Shown here: in pieces, positions 54,716 to 63,962 of the stretch
How positions within the stretch are numbered: position 1 is the stretch's first letter
Layout of the letters: each line of letters opens with the position of its first letter
Assembly (NCBI GenBank): GCA_944392155.1
Contig: CALXVR010000004.1
Coordinates: 9,645-73,644 of the forward strand
Origin: an uncultured Alphaproteobacteria bacterium
GTDB taxonomy: Bacteria; Pseudomonadota; Alphaproteobacteria; RF32; CAG-239
Length of the DNA: 64,000 nt
Direction of reading: 5' to 3'
Position numbers and translations under genes: made by a program
The notes under the pieces: model-generated
Databases searched by the model: none
Told to the model about the DNA's origin: nothing
Seen by the model: the letters and a program-made list of their open reading frames with translations, nothing else

Positions 54716-56827
54716 ATGGATAAGCGTTTTATCAGACTTAGTTTTATTAAGACTTTTGTCAATACCTCCAAAGTTGTTATGGAAAATTTGGATATTGAAG
54801 AAGCTCGGGATGTGCGTTATTGGCGCATAGCTAAAGATTTGGCAGAACTTTATCCTACACTGCAGTTGATGGCTGAGGAACTTAATGAAGATTGGGGATT
54901 CAATATCCGTATTCCCCAAGATGAGGGGCAAGGTTATTTTGAAAAGGCCGAGGATTTTTATGGCCTCTATTCGGATATATCGGAACAAGCGGAAAGAAAT
55001 GAGTATTATGCTCAGGCGAAAGTTTTGCTTAATCCTAATGGTAAGAAGTTTGTAAATAAGGCTGAAAATTTAGCAAAATGGTGCTTTGAGGAAGGGGATG
55101 AATTTGACCGTTTCTGGTTAAATAAAAATATGGTTTTGGCTTCTGCTTTTACTAAAGAGATGAACGATGAAGTGTATTCAAATATGCTTAATTCTCTTTT
55201 GGAAAAACGTTTGGCAGAGAAAATAAATGTTGCGGTTATGATGATGGGGGGAATTTTTAATACGGAAGTTGAGGATATCCGTAATGTTTTGGGCGGAACG
55301 GCTGAAAAGCTTTCGTTAATGTCCGGTTTTGTAAGTGAAAAGAAGGTCAGAAACGAATTATTACAAAGATTTCATGAAGATTGCAATTGGGATAGTAAAA
55401 ATAATGCGGTTGTAGATGTTGTGGAGACCTTTGTAGAGCCGTTTACTCAAATTGTATCTGAAAACAGAGAGAAGTTCTTTTATTATCATAATAATCATGA
55501 TGCGGCAGTACAGATTCGAGATGATTTTTATAATGTGATGGGGGAGGATACTTATCTTCAACTTCAGAGACAAAAAAGAAACAAGGAAAATTTGTCTTCC
55601 GAAAATAGTAATGTTGCGTTTTCGAATCGGGATAATGAAGATTGCGATTTAGAAAAGTTGGAGGCAGAGGTTCCGCCGTTTAAACCTGGTTCTGAAGATG
55701 CTTTTTGGGAAAATTATGAAGATGCGGAAAATGTTGACGGCGAATTAAAAACAGATGTGGAAAGATTTATTTCACAATTGGTTCGAAATTTTGATGATTC
55801 TTTGGCCTATGCCGTTGATAATTTGAGATATTTGGAAAGTGTTTCCGATGAGTATGATGAGGAAGATGAAGATGCTCAAATCCCAAATTCAGGTGGCAAT
55901 TTGAGCGAGGATAACTTTGAGGTCAAAAATGATATTCTGTCTGTTGCAAAAAATGCCTTAGATTTATCCGCCGTTATAAAAAATTATTATAATATTGAGC
56001 TTAATGATACTCCAATCGATAGAAAAGTTGTTCGGCAGTTTAAGGCAGAAGACTATTGGGATGATTTTACTTTTAATTCATTAAATATGCTATTTAATGC
56101 GCTAGATGTAAATTTAACAAAAAATCAGGATAAACTTTTATTGTCGCAGGAGCCCAGAATCGAATCTGTTGATGAAGTATTGTCCTTGCCGCAGAGTCTT
56201 GAAAAGAGAAATATTCTAAAATTATATCATCAAGGTTTGTCTGTAATGGAGAAAGCGGCTCTTGAAAGTAAAAAACAAGAAGAAGATTTTGCTGTGGATG
56301 ATTTTACCATTTATCATCAGGATGAATATAAGACGTTGCTTGATGAATTGCGCTGGGGAAAAGAGATATTTTCATCTTTTACCGATGAAAAGGTTGAAAA
56401 CTGGGCTTATGACATAAATCATGGAGTTGTGTTGGCTCAAGTTATTCCTCTTTATGATGATGTAGAGGAAGAACCAGATGCTTTACAAACTGTGGTTTCT
56501 GGTGTTGAGAATTATAAATCAATGTCGAAAGAAGAGCAGCAGTATATTAAAGGTTTGGTAAAGCGTCATTCTGATAGAGTTGTTAAAACGCATAATCAAA
56601 TTTTAAATGACGGAGTATTTGATCGTGGTTTGTTTGATGATGTGGAAGTTATTCATATGTCGCAACAGCACTATGAAGAAGTTAAAGCTCTAAAAGATAA
56701 AGTTATCTTGGCTCGGCAAGATGAAGAGCCTGTTTATAAAAAGTATAGAGCGTTCAGAAAAACACATATGTCTCGGCAGCAATTGCTGATGCAGGCTTTA
56801 AAACAGCAACGTTTTTATAATAAATAA
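54716..56827 (+). CDS. Large acidic hypothetical protein
   Basis: 703-aa uninterrupted ORF, rich in Glu/Asp. No TM segment, signal peptide or known motif was recognised. Confidence 0.6.
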   Translation: MDKRFIRLSFIKTFVNTSKVVMENLDIEEARDVRYWRIAKDLAELYPTLQLMAEELNEDWGFNIRIPQDEGQGYFEKAEDFYGLYSDISEQAERNEYYAQAKVLLNPNGKKFVNKAENLAKWCFEEGDEFDRFWLNKNMVLASAFTKEMNDEVYSNMLNSLLEKRLAEKINVAVMMMGGIFNTEVEDIRNVLGGTAEKLSLMSGFVSEKKVRNELLQRFHEDCNWDSKNNAVVDVVETFVEPFTQIVSENREKFFYYHNNHDAAVQIRDDFYNVMGEDTYLQLQRQKRNKENLSSENSNVAFSNRDNEDCDLEKLEAEVPPFKPGSEDAFWENYEDAENVDGELKTDVERFISQLVRNFDDSLAYAVDNLRYLESVSDEYDEEDEDAQIPNSGGNLSEDNFEVKNDILSVAKNALDLSAVIKNYYNIELNDTPIDRKVVRQFKAEDYWDDFTFNSLNMLFNALDVNLTKNQDKLLLSQEPRIESVDEVLSLPQSLEKRNILKLYHQGLSVMEKAALESKKQEEDFAVDDFTIYHQDEYKTLLDELRWGKEIFSSFTDEKVENWAYDINHGVVLAQVIPLYDDVEEEPDALQTVVSGVENYKSMSKEEQQYIKGLVKRHSDRVVKTHNQILNDGVFDRGLFDDVEVIHMSQQHYEEVKALKDKVILARQDEEPVYKKYRAFRKTHMSRQQLLMQALKQQRFYNK

Positions 56828-56858
56828 TAAAAAAAATATAAAAAAGTAAAATTTCTGC

Positions 56859-56887
56859 TGGACAAGCTCAAAAATATGAATTATAAA
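56859..56887 (+). promoter_or_regulatory. Candidate sigma70-type promoter for tRNA-Phe
   Basis: TGGACA (56859-56864), a 17-nt spacer, then TATAAA (56882-56887), 17 nt upstream of the tRNA 5' end. The geometry matches the tRNA-Met promoter. Confidence 0.5.
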
Positions 56888-56904
56888 CCTTCTCGTTGAT
56901 TGAT

Positions 56905-56980
<76 letters not shown>

Positions 56981-56982
56981 TT

Positions 56983-57016
56983 AAAAAAAGCCGCTCTTAG
57001 ATGAGCGGTTTTTTTT
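56983..57016 (+). terminator. Terminator hairpin after tRNA-Phe
   Basis: A7-GCCGCTC-TTAGAT-GAGCGGT-T8. Confidence 0.8.
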
Positions 57017-57185
57017 ATGGTTGCTCGGACCAATCGGGCGGCGCAGACTTGCCCTCTTGGGGACGGGCCCCGCTTTGAAACCTAAGTTTCGCCGAAGGCT
57101 ATCTTACAATAGCTCGGCGCAACCAAGTTTTCCAAGATGTTGCAGACAAAAACAACCGGAGCAACGGTTGTTTTTGCTTAGCCAT

Positions 57186-57225
57186 CCCAACTCGCACCAA
57201 AAGCCGCTCTTAGATGAGCGGTTTT
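57186..57225 (+). repeat. Degenerate direct duplication of the tRNA-Phe 3' end plus terminator hairpin
   Basis: CCCAACTCGCACCA-AAAGCCGCTCTTAGATGAGCGGTTTT compares with CCCCGAGCACCA-TTAAAAAAAGCCGCTCTTAGATGAGCGGTTTTTTTT at 56969-57016. Confidence 0.75.
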
Positions 57226-57434
57226 CTGTTTATACATAATTTATGTAGTATTTTTTATAGAGTAAATTGTTGAGAAAATTTTATCATTATAAAATATTTG
57301 TAGACGGTTGTTTATTTTAAAAGAATTTTGTTGCATTTAATATTTATTATAGTAACTTTAGTGTAACTTTTTTTGACATCAATTTATGGTTGATTGTCGG
57401 TGTGCATAACGGCTTTTGTTAAATGGTGAGTAAC

Positions 57435-58526
57435 ATGGAAAAAGTTTATGTAACAAAGTCTTTTCTTCCCCCCGTAGAGGAGTATGAGTTTTATGTTAGG
57501 CAGATTTTTGATAGTCATCATTTGACAAATCAAGGAATGCTTTTACAAAAATTTGAAAGGAGTATGTCTTCATTTTTAAATGTTGATCACTTTCAATATG
57601 TTACCAATGGTACAGTAGCATTGCAGTTGGCTTTAGATGCTTTAGATATAAAAGATGGCGAGATAATAACGACTCCGTTTTCTTATGTTGCAACAACTTC
57701 GAGTATTTTGTGGGAAAGATGTACTCCGGTCTTTGTTGATATAGAACCAAATAATTTTACGATCGATGTTAATAAAATTGAAGAGGCTGTTACTTCAAAG
57801 ACTAAAGCCATTTTACCAGTCCATGTTTTTGGTTATGCGTGTGATGTTGATGGAATACAGAAAATTGCAGATAAGTATGGTCTAAAAGTCATTTATGATG
57901 GTGCACACGCTTTTGCGGCAAAGTATAAGGGACGATCTTTATTGGATTATGGAGATATTTCGACGTGTTCTTTTCATGCTACGAAACTTTTTCATACAGT
58001 TGAAGGTGGTGCTTGTATTGTAAAAGATAAAGAAGTTGATAAAAAACTAGGTTTTGCTAAGTGTTTTGGGCATGATTGTGATGAATATTTTAGAATAGGG
58101 ATTAACGCTAAACAATCTGAATTTCACGCGGCAATGGGATTAGCTAATCTTGTACATTTAGATGAGATATTACAAAAACGTAGGAATATTAGTGAATTAT
58201 ATGATAAATTATTGAATGGGTGTGTGGAAAGGCCTAAAGAGCAAGAAAGTTTAGATTATAACTATGCATATTATCCTGTTCTATTTAAAAATGAGCAAGA
58301 GTTGTTGAACGTGTTTGAGGCGTTGAATGCGGAAAATATTTTTCCAAGAAGATATTTTTATCCATCACTTAATAAGCTTTCATATCTTAAGAAATATATG
58401 CCTTGTCCGATTTCTGAGGATATTTCTTCTCGTGTGGCTTGCTTACCGTTGTATCCTGATTTAGAAAAGGAATGTATTGTTAAAATTTGTCAGATTATTA
58501 AGAAAGCTCAGATGGGAACAAATTAG
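57435..58526 (+). CDS. DegT/DnrJ/EryC1/StrS-family NDP-sugar aminotransferase (WecE/VioA/FdtB-like)
   Basis: Start at ATG 57435. TNGTVALQLAL, VHVFG and SFHATKLFHTVEGG with the PLP Lys context. First gene of a tightly packed operon. Confidence 0.82.
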   Translation: MEKVYVTKSFLPPVEEYEFYVRQIFDSHHLTNQGMLLQKFERSMSSFLNVDHFQYVTNGTVALQLALDALDIKDGEIITTPFSYVATTSSILWERCTPVFVDIEPNNFTIDVNKIEEAVTSKTKAILPVHVFGYACDVDGIQKIADKYGLKVIYDGAHAFAAKYKGRSLLDYGDISTCSFHATKLFHTVEGGACIVKDKEVDKKLGFAKCFGHDCDEYFRIGINAKQSEFHAAMGLANLVHLDEILQKRRNISELYDKLLNGCVERPKEQESLDYNYAYYPVLFKNEQELLNVFEALNAENIFPRRYFYPSLNKLSYLKKYMPCPISEDISSRVACLPLYPDLEKECIVKICQIIKKAQMGTN

Positions 58527-58542
58527 TTGAAAAGGATATTTT

Positions 58543-58839
58543 ATGAAAGAATTAATTAGAGAAATTTTAAAAGAAGCAATTGATGAATTAAACGAACAGT
58601 TAGATGATAATGAGAAGGTAGTGTTTGGTGAAGATACTCGTTTTATAGGTTCTCACGCTTGTATTGATTCAATGGGATTTGTAACATTTATTTCCATTAT
58701 TGAAGAATTAATTGCAGATAAGATGGGTAAAAATATTCAACTGGTTAATGAAAAAGCATTTTCTCAGAAGCATAGTCCATTTTATTCAATTGAAACATTA
58801 GCAAATTATATTGAAACCTTATTGAATGAGAAAGACTGA
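58543..58839 (+). CDS. Acyl carrier protein (phosphopantetheine-binding)
   Basis: 98 aa. The IDSMGFVTFI Ser attachment motif sits in the expected helix-2 position. Confidence 0.75.
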   Translation: MKELIREILKEAIDELNEQLDDNEKVVFGEDTRFIGSHACIDSMGFVTFISIIEELIADKMGKNIQLVNEKAFSQKHSPFYSIETLANYIETLLNEKD

Positions 58840-59534
58840 TGGTTATTGTTATTACCGGAACGAGCCGTGGTATCGGGCGTGGGCTAGCCGAATATTATTT
58901 GTGTAAAGGTTATACAGTAATTGGGTGTAGTCGTTCGGAGTGTGATTTAAAACATAAAAATTATAAGCATTTTATTGTTGATATGTCAGATGAAAAAGCT
59001 ATCCTAGCTTTTGCCAATGATGTTCGCAAGCAATTTGGTTATATAGATGCATTAATTAATAATGCTGGGGTTGCATCAATGAATCATTTTATGTTGACGC
59101 CTTTAGCTACGGCAAAACGATTGATGGATGTAAATTTTTTTGGTCCATTTTCTGCAATTAGAGCTTTTATTTCGTTATTAAAAAAATCAGAACATCCACG
59201 AATTGTTAATTTTTCGACGGTTGCTGTTCCGTTTAATTTAGATGGTGAATTGGCGTATGTTTCATCTAAGGCGGCTGTCGAGGAATTAACGAAAATTCTG
59301 GCGAAGGAGTTGGCTGGTTTTAAGATAACAGTTAATGCTGTTGCTCCAACTCCAATTAAAACGGATTTAACAGCAAAAGTTCCAGCGGATAAAATTCAGG
59401 CGCTTTTAGATAGACAGGCAATTAAGAGATTTGGAAATTTTGAAGATGTCTATAATGTTATTAATTTTTATTTATTGCCAGAAAGTGATTTTATTACGGG
59501 ACAGGTTATTTATCTAGGCGGAGTAAGTAAATGA
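58839..59534 (+). CDS. Short-chain dehydrogenase/reductase (FabG-like 3-oxoacyl-ACP reductase)
   Basis: 231 aa. ITGTSRGIGRGLA, NNAG and YVSSKAAVE. The start overlaps the ACP stop (TGATG). Confidence 0.82.
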   Translation: MVIVITGTSRGIGRGLAEYYLCKGYTVIGCSRSECDLKHKNYKHFIVDMSDEKAILAFANDVRKQFGYIDALINNAGVASMNHFMLTPLATAKRLMDVNFFGPFSAIRAFISLLKKSEHPRIVNFSTVAVPFNLDGELAYVSSKAAVEELTKILAKELAGFKITVNAVAPTPIKTDLTAKVPADKIQALLDRQAIKRFGNFEDVYNVINFYLLPESDFITGQVIYLGGVSK

Positions 59535-60862
59535 ATATAGATTTTTTTAAGCAGAGTATGCTGAAAAATAAAGATGTCATAGCTGTTATTTCAGATGGTG
59601 AAAAATATACTTTTACTGAAATCTATAAAAAATATGAAAAATCCGTTGAATTTTTAGAGCAGTTGAATATTCCTGCGGGAAGTGTTGTGTCTTTAAGGGC
59701 TGATTTTAAAACTCAATCAATAGCTCTTTTGTTGGCATTGATTGAAAGAGATGCAATTATTGTTCCAATATCTCCGACAATTAAAGAGCCTGGGCGTTAT
59801 ATAGAGATTTCTGAAAGTGAATATTTTTTTGATATTAGTGGAAGCGAAACAATTGTTAAGGCTACGGGTAATGTTGTTAAGCATCCAATGTTGTCTAAAT
59901 TAAGGGTGGAGAAAGTTCCTGGTTTGATTTTGTTTTCTTCTGGAACAACAGGAGAGCCTAAGGCGGCGGTGCATGATTTATCTCTTTTGTTAGAGAAATT
60001 TAAAAGACCAGGGAAGACGCTGACTACAGTTACTTTTTTATTGTTTGATCATATTGGTGGATTTAATACCATGATGCATACAATAGCAAATGGAGGAACA
60101 ATTATCACGTTAAAAACTCGTTCTCCTGATGAAGTGTGCTCTTTAATAGAAAAATATAAAATAGAACTTTTACCAACGTCTCCAACATTTATTAACTTGA
60201 TTTTGCTTAATAAAATGTATGAAAAGTATGATCTATCGTGTTTGAAAATGATGACATATGGTACAGAGCCTATGCCTGAAGCGACATTAAAAGCAATAAA
60301 TAAAATATTGCCTAATGTTAAATTAAAGCAGACCTATGGTTTATCTGAGATTGGTATTATGCCTACTAAATCAGAGGAAAATACATCTTTGTGGATGAAA
60401 TTAGGTGGTGATGGTTTTGAAACAAAAATAATTGATGGTATCTTATATGTAAGAGCAAAGTCTGCGATGTTGGGATATTTGAATGCGCCATCCCCCTTTG
60501 ATGCTGATGGTTGGTTTAATACAAAAGATAAAGTTGAGGTTAAGGGAGATTATATTAAGATTTTAGGAAGAACTACAGACTTGATTAATGTAGGCGGAGA
60601 AAAGGTTTATCCAGTAGAAGTTGAAAGTTGTCTTCTTGAGTGTGCAGGTGTTCTTGATGTTCGAGTTTATGGAGAAGATCATCCCCTTATGGGAAAGGTT
60701 GTTGCTGCGGAAATAAAAGTATCTGAGGAAAATGATAATAGGGATTTTATAAAAAAGGTAAGAGCTTATTGCAAAGATAAACTCGAAGGTTATAAAATAC
60801 CCGTAAGGTTTAAGTTGACGACAGAAAATTTATATGGTGATAGGTTTAAAAAGAAACGGTGA
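59531..60862 (+). CDS. AMP-dependent synthetase/ligase (acyl-ACP/CoA ligase-like)
   Basis: 443 aa. The AMP-binding motif is ILFSSGTTGEPKAAVH, with YGLSE and GRTTDLINVGGEKVYP. ATGA overlap with the upstream stop. Confidence 0.85.
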   Translation: MNIDFFKQSMLKNKDVIAVISDGEKYTFTEIYKKYEKSVEFLEQLNIPAGSVVSLRADFKTQSIALLLALIERDAIIVPISPTIKEPGRYIEISESEYFFDISGSETIVKATGNVVKHPMLSKLRVEKVPGLILFSSGTTGEPKAAVHDLSLLLEKFKRPGKTLTTVTFLLFDHIGGFNTMMHTIANGGTIITLKTRSPDEVCSLIEKYKIELLPTSPTFINLILLNKMYEKYDLSCLKMMTYGTEPMPEATLKAINKILPNVKLKQTYGLSEIGIMPTKSEENTSLWMKLGGDGFETKIIDGILYVRAKSAMLGYLNAPSPFDADGWFNTKDKVEVKGDYIKILGRTTDLINVGGEKVYPVEVESCLLECAGVLDVRVYGEDHPLMGKVVAAEIKVSEENDNRDFIKKVRAYCKDKLEGYKIPVRFKLTTENLYGDRFKKKR

Positions 60863-60866
60863 TTTG

Positions 60867-61940
60867 ATGTCTTTTTTTGAATTTGAAAATGCAAAAGTAG
60901 CAGGAATTAGTGTTTGTCTGGGTGAAAATGTATGCTTGTTTGATGAACAGCCTGAATATTATAACAATAATGAGTTACTGTGTCGTAGATTAAAAAAAAC
61001 GATTGGATTTGGTAAAAGATATGAGGCAGCAGAAAAAACAACAACAGCAGATTTATGTGCAGAGGCAGCTTTAAAACTCATAAAAAGTATGAGATTGGAC
61101 GTTAATGAAATAGATGCAATTATTTCTGTGACACAAACGCCAGATTATTATATGCCAGGAAATGCACATGTATTACATGAGCGCTTAAATCTTTCTAAGA
61201 ATTGTTTGGCTTTAGATGTTGAATTAGGTTGTTCAGGGTTTGTTTATGCACTTTTTTTATCCTATTTAATGATTTCGGCAGGAATGAACCGTGTTTTAGT
61301 TGTAGCAGGTGATACTTTAAGTAAAGTTATTAACAGAAAAGATCGTTCAGAGGCCCCTTTATTTACAGATTCTGGGAGCGCTTGTATTGTAGAGAGAACT
61401 ATTCAGAAAACAGAATCATTTTTTTTATTAAAGTCAGATGGTAAAGGTGTGACGAAGATGTTTCAACCTGCCAGTGCTTATAGATGTCCATCTGATGAAA
61501 ATACAAAAATTGAATACATGGATAGGGATGGAAATATTAGATCCGCAGAAAACTTTTTTATGAATGGTTTAGAGGTATTTAATTTTACGTTGACTGAACA
61601 GCCGATGATGTTGCAAGAACTGTTGACAAGAAGTGGTAAAGAGGCTGTGGATGTGGACTATTTTATATTTCATCAAGGTAATAAATATATAGTTGAAACG
61701 TTAGCAAAATCTATGAAAATTCCTTTTGATAAAGTTCCATGTTTTTTTCCTGAATATGGAAATCAAAGTTCGGCGTCTATCCCGGGAACAATCTGTGCGC
61801 AAGGAATGATGAAAGAAAAATTTTCTTATTCTTTGGTTTTGCAAGGTTTTGGTATAGGATATTCTTGGGGAGGATGCTTCCTCGACATGAGAGATCCTTT
61901 GATTCTTCCACCTTTCGTTTATGGAGAAGAAAATGCCTGA
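60867..61940 (+). CDS. KAS III-like 3-oxoacyl-ACP synthase (FabH family), copy 1
   Basis: Start at ATG 60867. Cys-His-Asn triad contexts are ELGCSGFVYAL, FHQGNKYI and YGNQSSASIP. Confidence 0.82.
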   Translation: MSFFEFENAKVAGISVCLGENVCLFDEQPEYYNNNELLCRRLKKTIGFGKRYEAAEKTTTADLCAEAALKLIKSMRLDVNEIDAIISVTQTPDYYMPGNAHVLHERLNLSKNCLALDVELGCSGFVYALFLSYLMISAGMNRVLVVAGDTLSKVINRKDRSEAPLFTDSGSACIVERTIQKTESFFLLKSDGKGVTKMFQPASAYRCPSDENTKIEYMDRDGNIRSAENFFMNGLEVFNFTLTEQPMMLQELLTRSGKEAVDVDYFIFHQGNKYIVETLAKSMKIPFDKVPCFFPEYGNQSSASIPGTICAQGMMKEKFSYSLVLQGFGIGYSWGGCFLDMRDPLILPPFVYGEENA

Positions 61941-62985
61941 GTTTTGCCTTAATAATGTTAGATTGGCGGCGGTTGCAACGGTTGTGCCTCAAACCGAGCT
62001 TAAATTAGAAGATGATAAAACTCTGTATGGCGGAAATGAAAAGCAGTTGAAGAGAGTTATGAAATCTTCTGGTTTTGATAAAAGGCGAATTGTTGCGGAA
62101 GGAGTTACTACATCTGATTTGTGTCAGCAAGCTGCGGAAAGATTGTTTTTAGAATGCAATGTTAATAAAGAAGAAATTTCTGCTGTTGTTTTTATTACTC
62201 AGACACCGGATTATCCAATGCCAGCAACGGCATGTTTGATTGCATATAAACTAGGATTACCGTATACAGTAGCGGCGTTTGATATTAATCAAGGTTGCGC
62301 GGGGTTCGTTTATGGGCTATGGGTCGGCGGTTCATTATTAAACAGCACAAAAAAGAAAGTTTTACTATTAATTGGAGATACTCCGAGTAAGTATACTGAT
62401 ATGTTTAGAGATGGCGCAGCGCCAATTTTTGGAGATGCGGGAAGCGCAACGCTTTTAGAATATGATGAAAGTGCTGAGCCAATATATTTTGATATTGGAA
62501 CTGATGGAAGTAATTTTGATGCAATAATTGCTCAGAATGGAGGTTTTAGGAATCCTCCCCAAAAGGATATGTTTTATAGTAATGGTACTTTTGAATATTT
62601 GGCACAAATGGATGGTATGAGAGTTATGGAGTTTACCCTGAATCAAGTGCCTGCGTCAGTAACAAAAGTGCTAAAATATGCTAAAGTAGATAAGTCTGAT
62701 ATAGATTGGTTTGTATTGCATCAAGCAAATAAAATGATTTTAACTAATATTGCTATGGTGGCTGATTTGGACTTAGCTAAAGTTCCTATGCAGACCTTAT
62801 CAAAATATGGAAATCAAAGTTCAGCATCAATACCCTGTACATTATGCGATTGCTTAAAAAATAATTTAGCGACAGGCGTACATAAATTATTATTTAGTGG
62901 CTTTGGAATAGGATTGTGCTGGGCGAGTTGTGTTGTAAGTGTAACAAATCTTTATTGTTCAGCTGTTTATACGTATAAGGAGTAA
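61933..62985 (+). CDS. KAS III-like 3-oxoacyl-ACP synthase (FabH family), copy 2
   Basis: Start taken at ATG 61933 (GGAGAAG RBS; the track ORF starts at 61921). INQGCAGFVYGL, LHQANKMI and YGNQSSASIP. Confidence 0.82.
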   Translation: MPEFCLNNVRLAAVATVVPQTELKLEDDKTLYGGNEKQLKRVMKSSGFDKRRIVAEGVTTSDLCQQAAERLFLECNVNKEEISAVVFITQTPDYPMPATACLIAYKLGLPYTVAAFDINQGCAGFVYGLWVGGSLLNSTKKKVLLLIGDTPSKYTDMFRDGAAPIFGDAGSATLLEYDESAEPIYFDIGTDGSNFDAIIAQNGGFRNPPQKDMFYSNGTFEYLAQMDGMRVMEFTLNQVPASVTKVLKYAKVDKSDIDWFVLHQANKMILTNIAMVADLDLAKVPMQTLSKYGNQSSASIPCTLCDCLKNNLATGVHKLLFSGFGIGLCWASCVVSVTNLYCSAVYTYKE

Positions 62986-62989
62986 AAAA

Positions 62990-63217
62990 ATGAAAAGAGC
63001 AGAATTTCTTCAGGAAATAATTGATACGGTGGAAATTGAAGACGTTATCAATGAAAATACAGTTTTAGATGATTTGGAAGAGTGGGATTCTCTTGCATCG
63101 ATTACGACGTTGGCCTTATTTAAGCAGAAATTAGGTTTAAATGTCGGGGCTCAAGAGGTAAAAAAATGTCAAACGGTAAAGGAATTATTAGATTTAGGTG
63201 TCGCTAAATATGAATAA
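62990..63217 (+). CDS. Acyl carrier protein, second copy
   Basis: 75 aa. EEWDSLASITTLA carries the Ser attachment motif. Confidence 0.75.
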   Translation: MKRAEFLQEIIDTVEIEDVINENTVLDDLEEWDSLASITTLALFKQKLGLNVGAQEVKKCQTVKELLDLGVAKYE

Positions 63218-63962
63218 TGGCGCTTTGGTGTTGGTTGATGGGGCCAGTTCTGGTATTGGTAAAGCAATAGCACTTAAGTTGAATGCATTAGGCGTAAAGG
63301 TTATTGCTGTTGCAAGAAATAAATTGAAACTAGAACAAGTTAAGGCGGAGAGTCTATTTCCTGATTTGTTTTTTTGTGAAGAAAAAAATTTAGAAAAAGA
63401 CGTTTTTCTGTTGCCAGAATGGGTTAAAGGTTTGGTTGAAAAATATGGAAGTTTTTCAGGATATGTTCATGCGGCTGGAGTATTAAATCCTCAGCCGTTG
63501 AAGGTTTTAGTTTATGAAGATATTATTCGCGATTTTAATGTAAATTTATTATCGTCTTTGTTTGTAATAAAAGAATTGGTGCGCAAAAAAAATAGACAAG
63601 AGAGATTGGATATTGTTTGTGTATCGTCAATTGCTTCAAAGATTGGTAATCCCGGGAGTATAGCATATGGAATGTCAAAAGCAGCTTTAAATAATATGGT
63701 ATCTTCTGTTGCTCAGGAAGTTGGAGGAAGGCAATTGCGTATTAATGCTGTTTGTCCAGGAGGAACGAAGACATCTATGGCGGAATCTTATAGTGAAAAA
63801 CTTCCCTATGATTATTTGCAAAGATGCAGAGAAAAAAATGTTTTTCACGAAGATGGAATGCCTGAGCGTATAGCTGATGTTGTTTGTTATTTGCTTTCGG
63901 ATGAATCTTATTGGATACAAGGTCAATGTATTACCGTTGATGGAGGAGAGACTTTATCATGA
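63210..63962 (+). CDS. Short-chain dehydrogenase/reductase, second copy
   Basis: Start at ATG 63210 (the track start is GTG 63198). VDGASSGIGKAIA and YGMSKAALN. Confidence 0.8.
   Translation: MNNGALVLVDGASSGIGKAIALKLNALGVKVIAVARNKLKLEQVKAESLFPDLFFCEEKNLEKDVFLLPEWVKGLVEKYGSFSGYVHAAGVLNPQPLKVLVYEDIIRDFNVNLLSSLFVIKELVRKKNRQERLDIVCVSSIASKIGNPGSIAYGMSKAALNNMVSSVAQEVGGRQLRINAVCPGGTKTSMAESYSEKLPYDYLQRCREKNVFHEDGMPERIADVVCYLLSDESYWIQGQCITVDGGETLS

Noticed and set aside
57021-57239. 72-aa ORF in the insert after tRNA-Phe; also ORFs 38698-38901, 38774-38983 and 38835-39041 near tRNA-Met
   Set aside because: They have TTG or no credible start and no RBS. Their Arg/Pro-rich or low-complexity translations are typical of GC-rich non-coding sequence, and they overlap hairpins and duplicated terminators.
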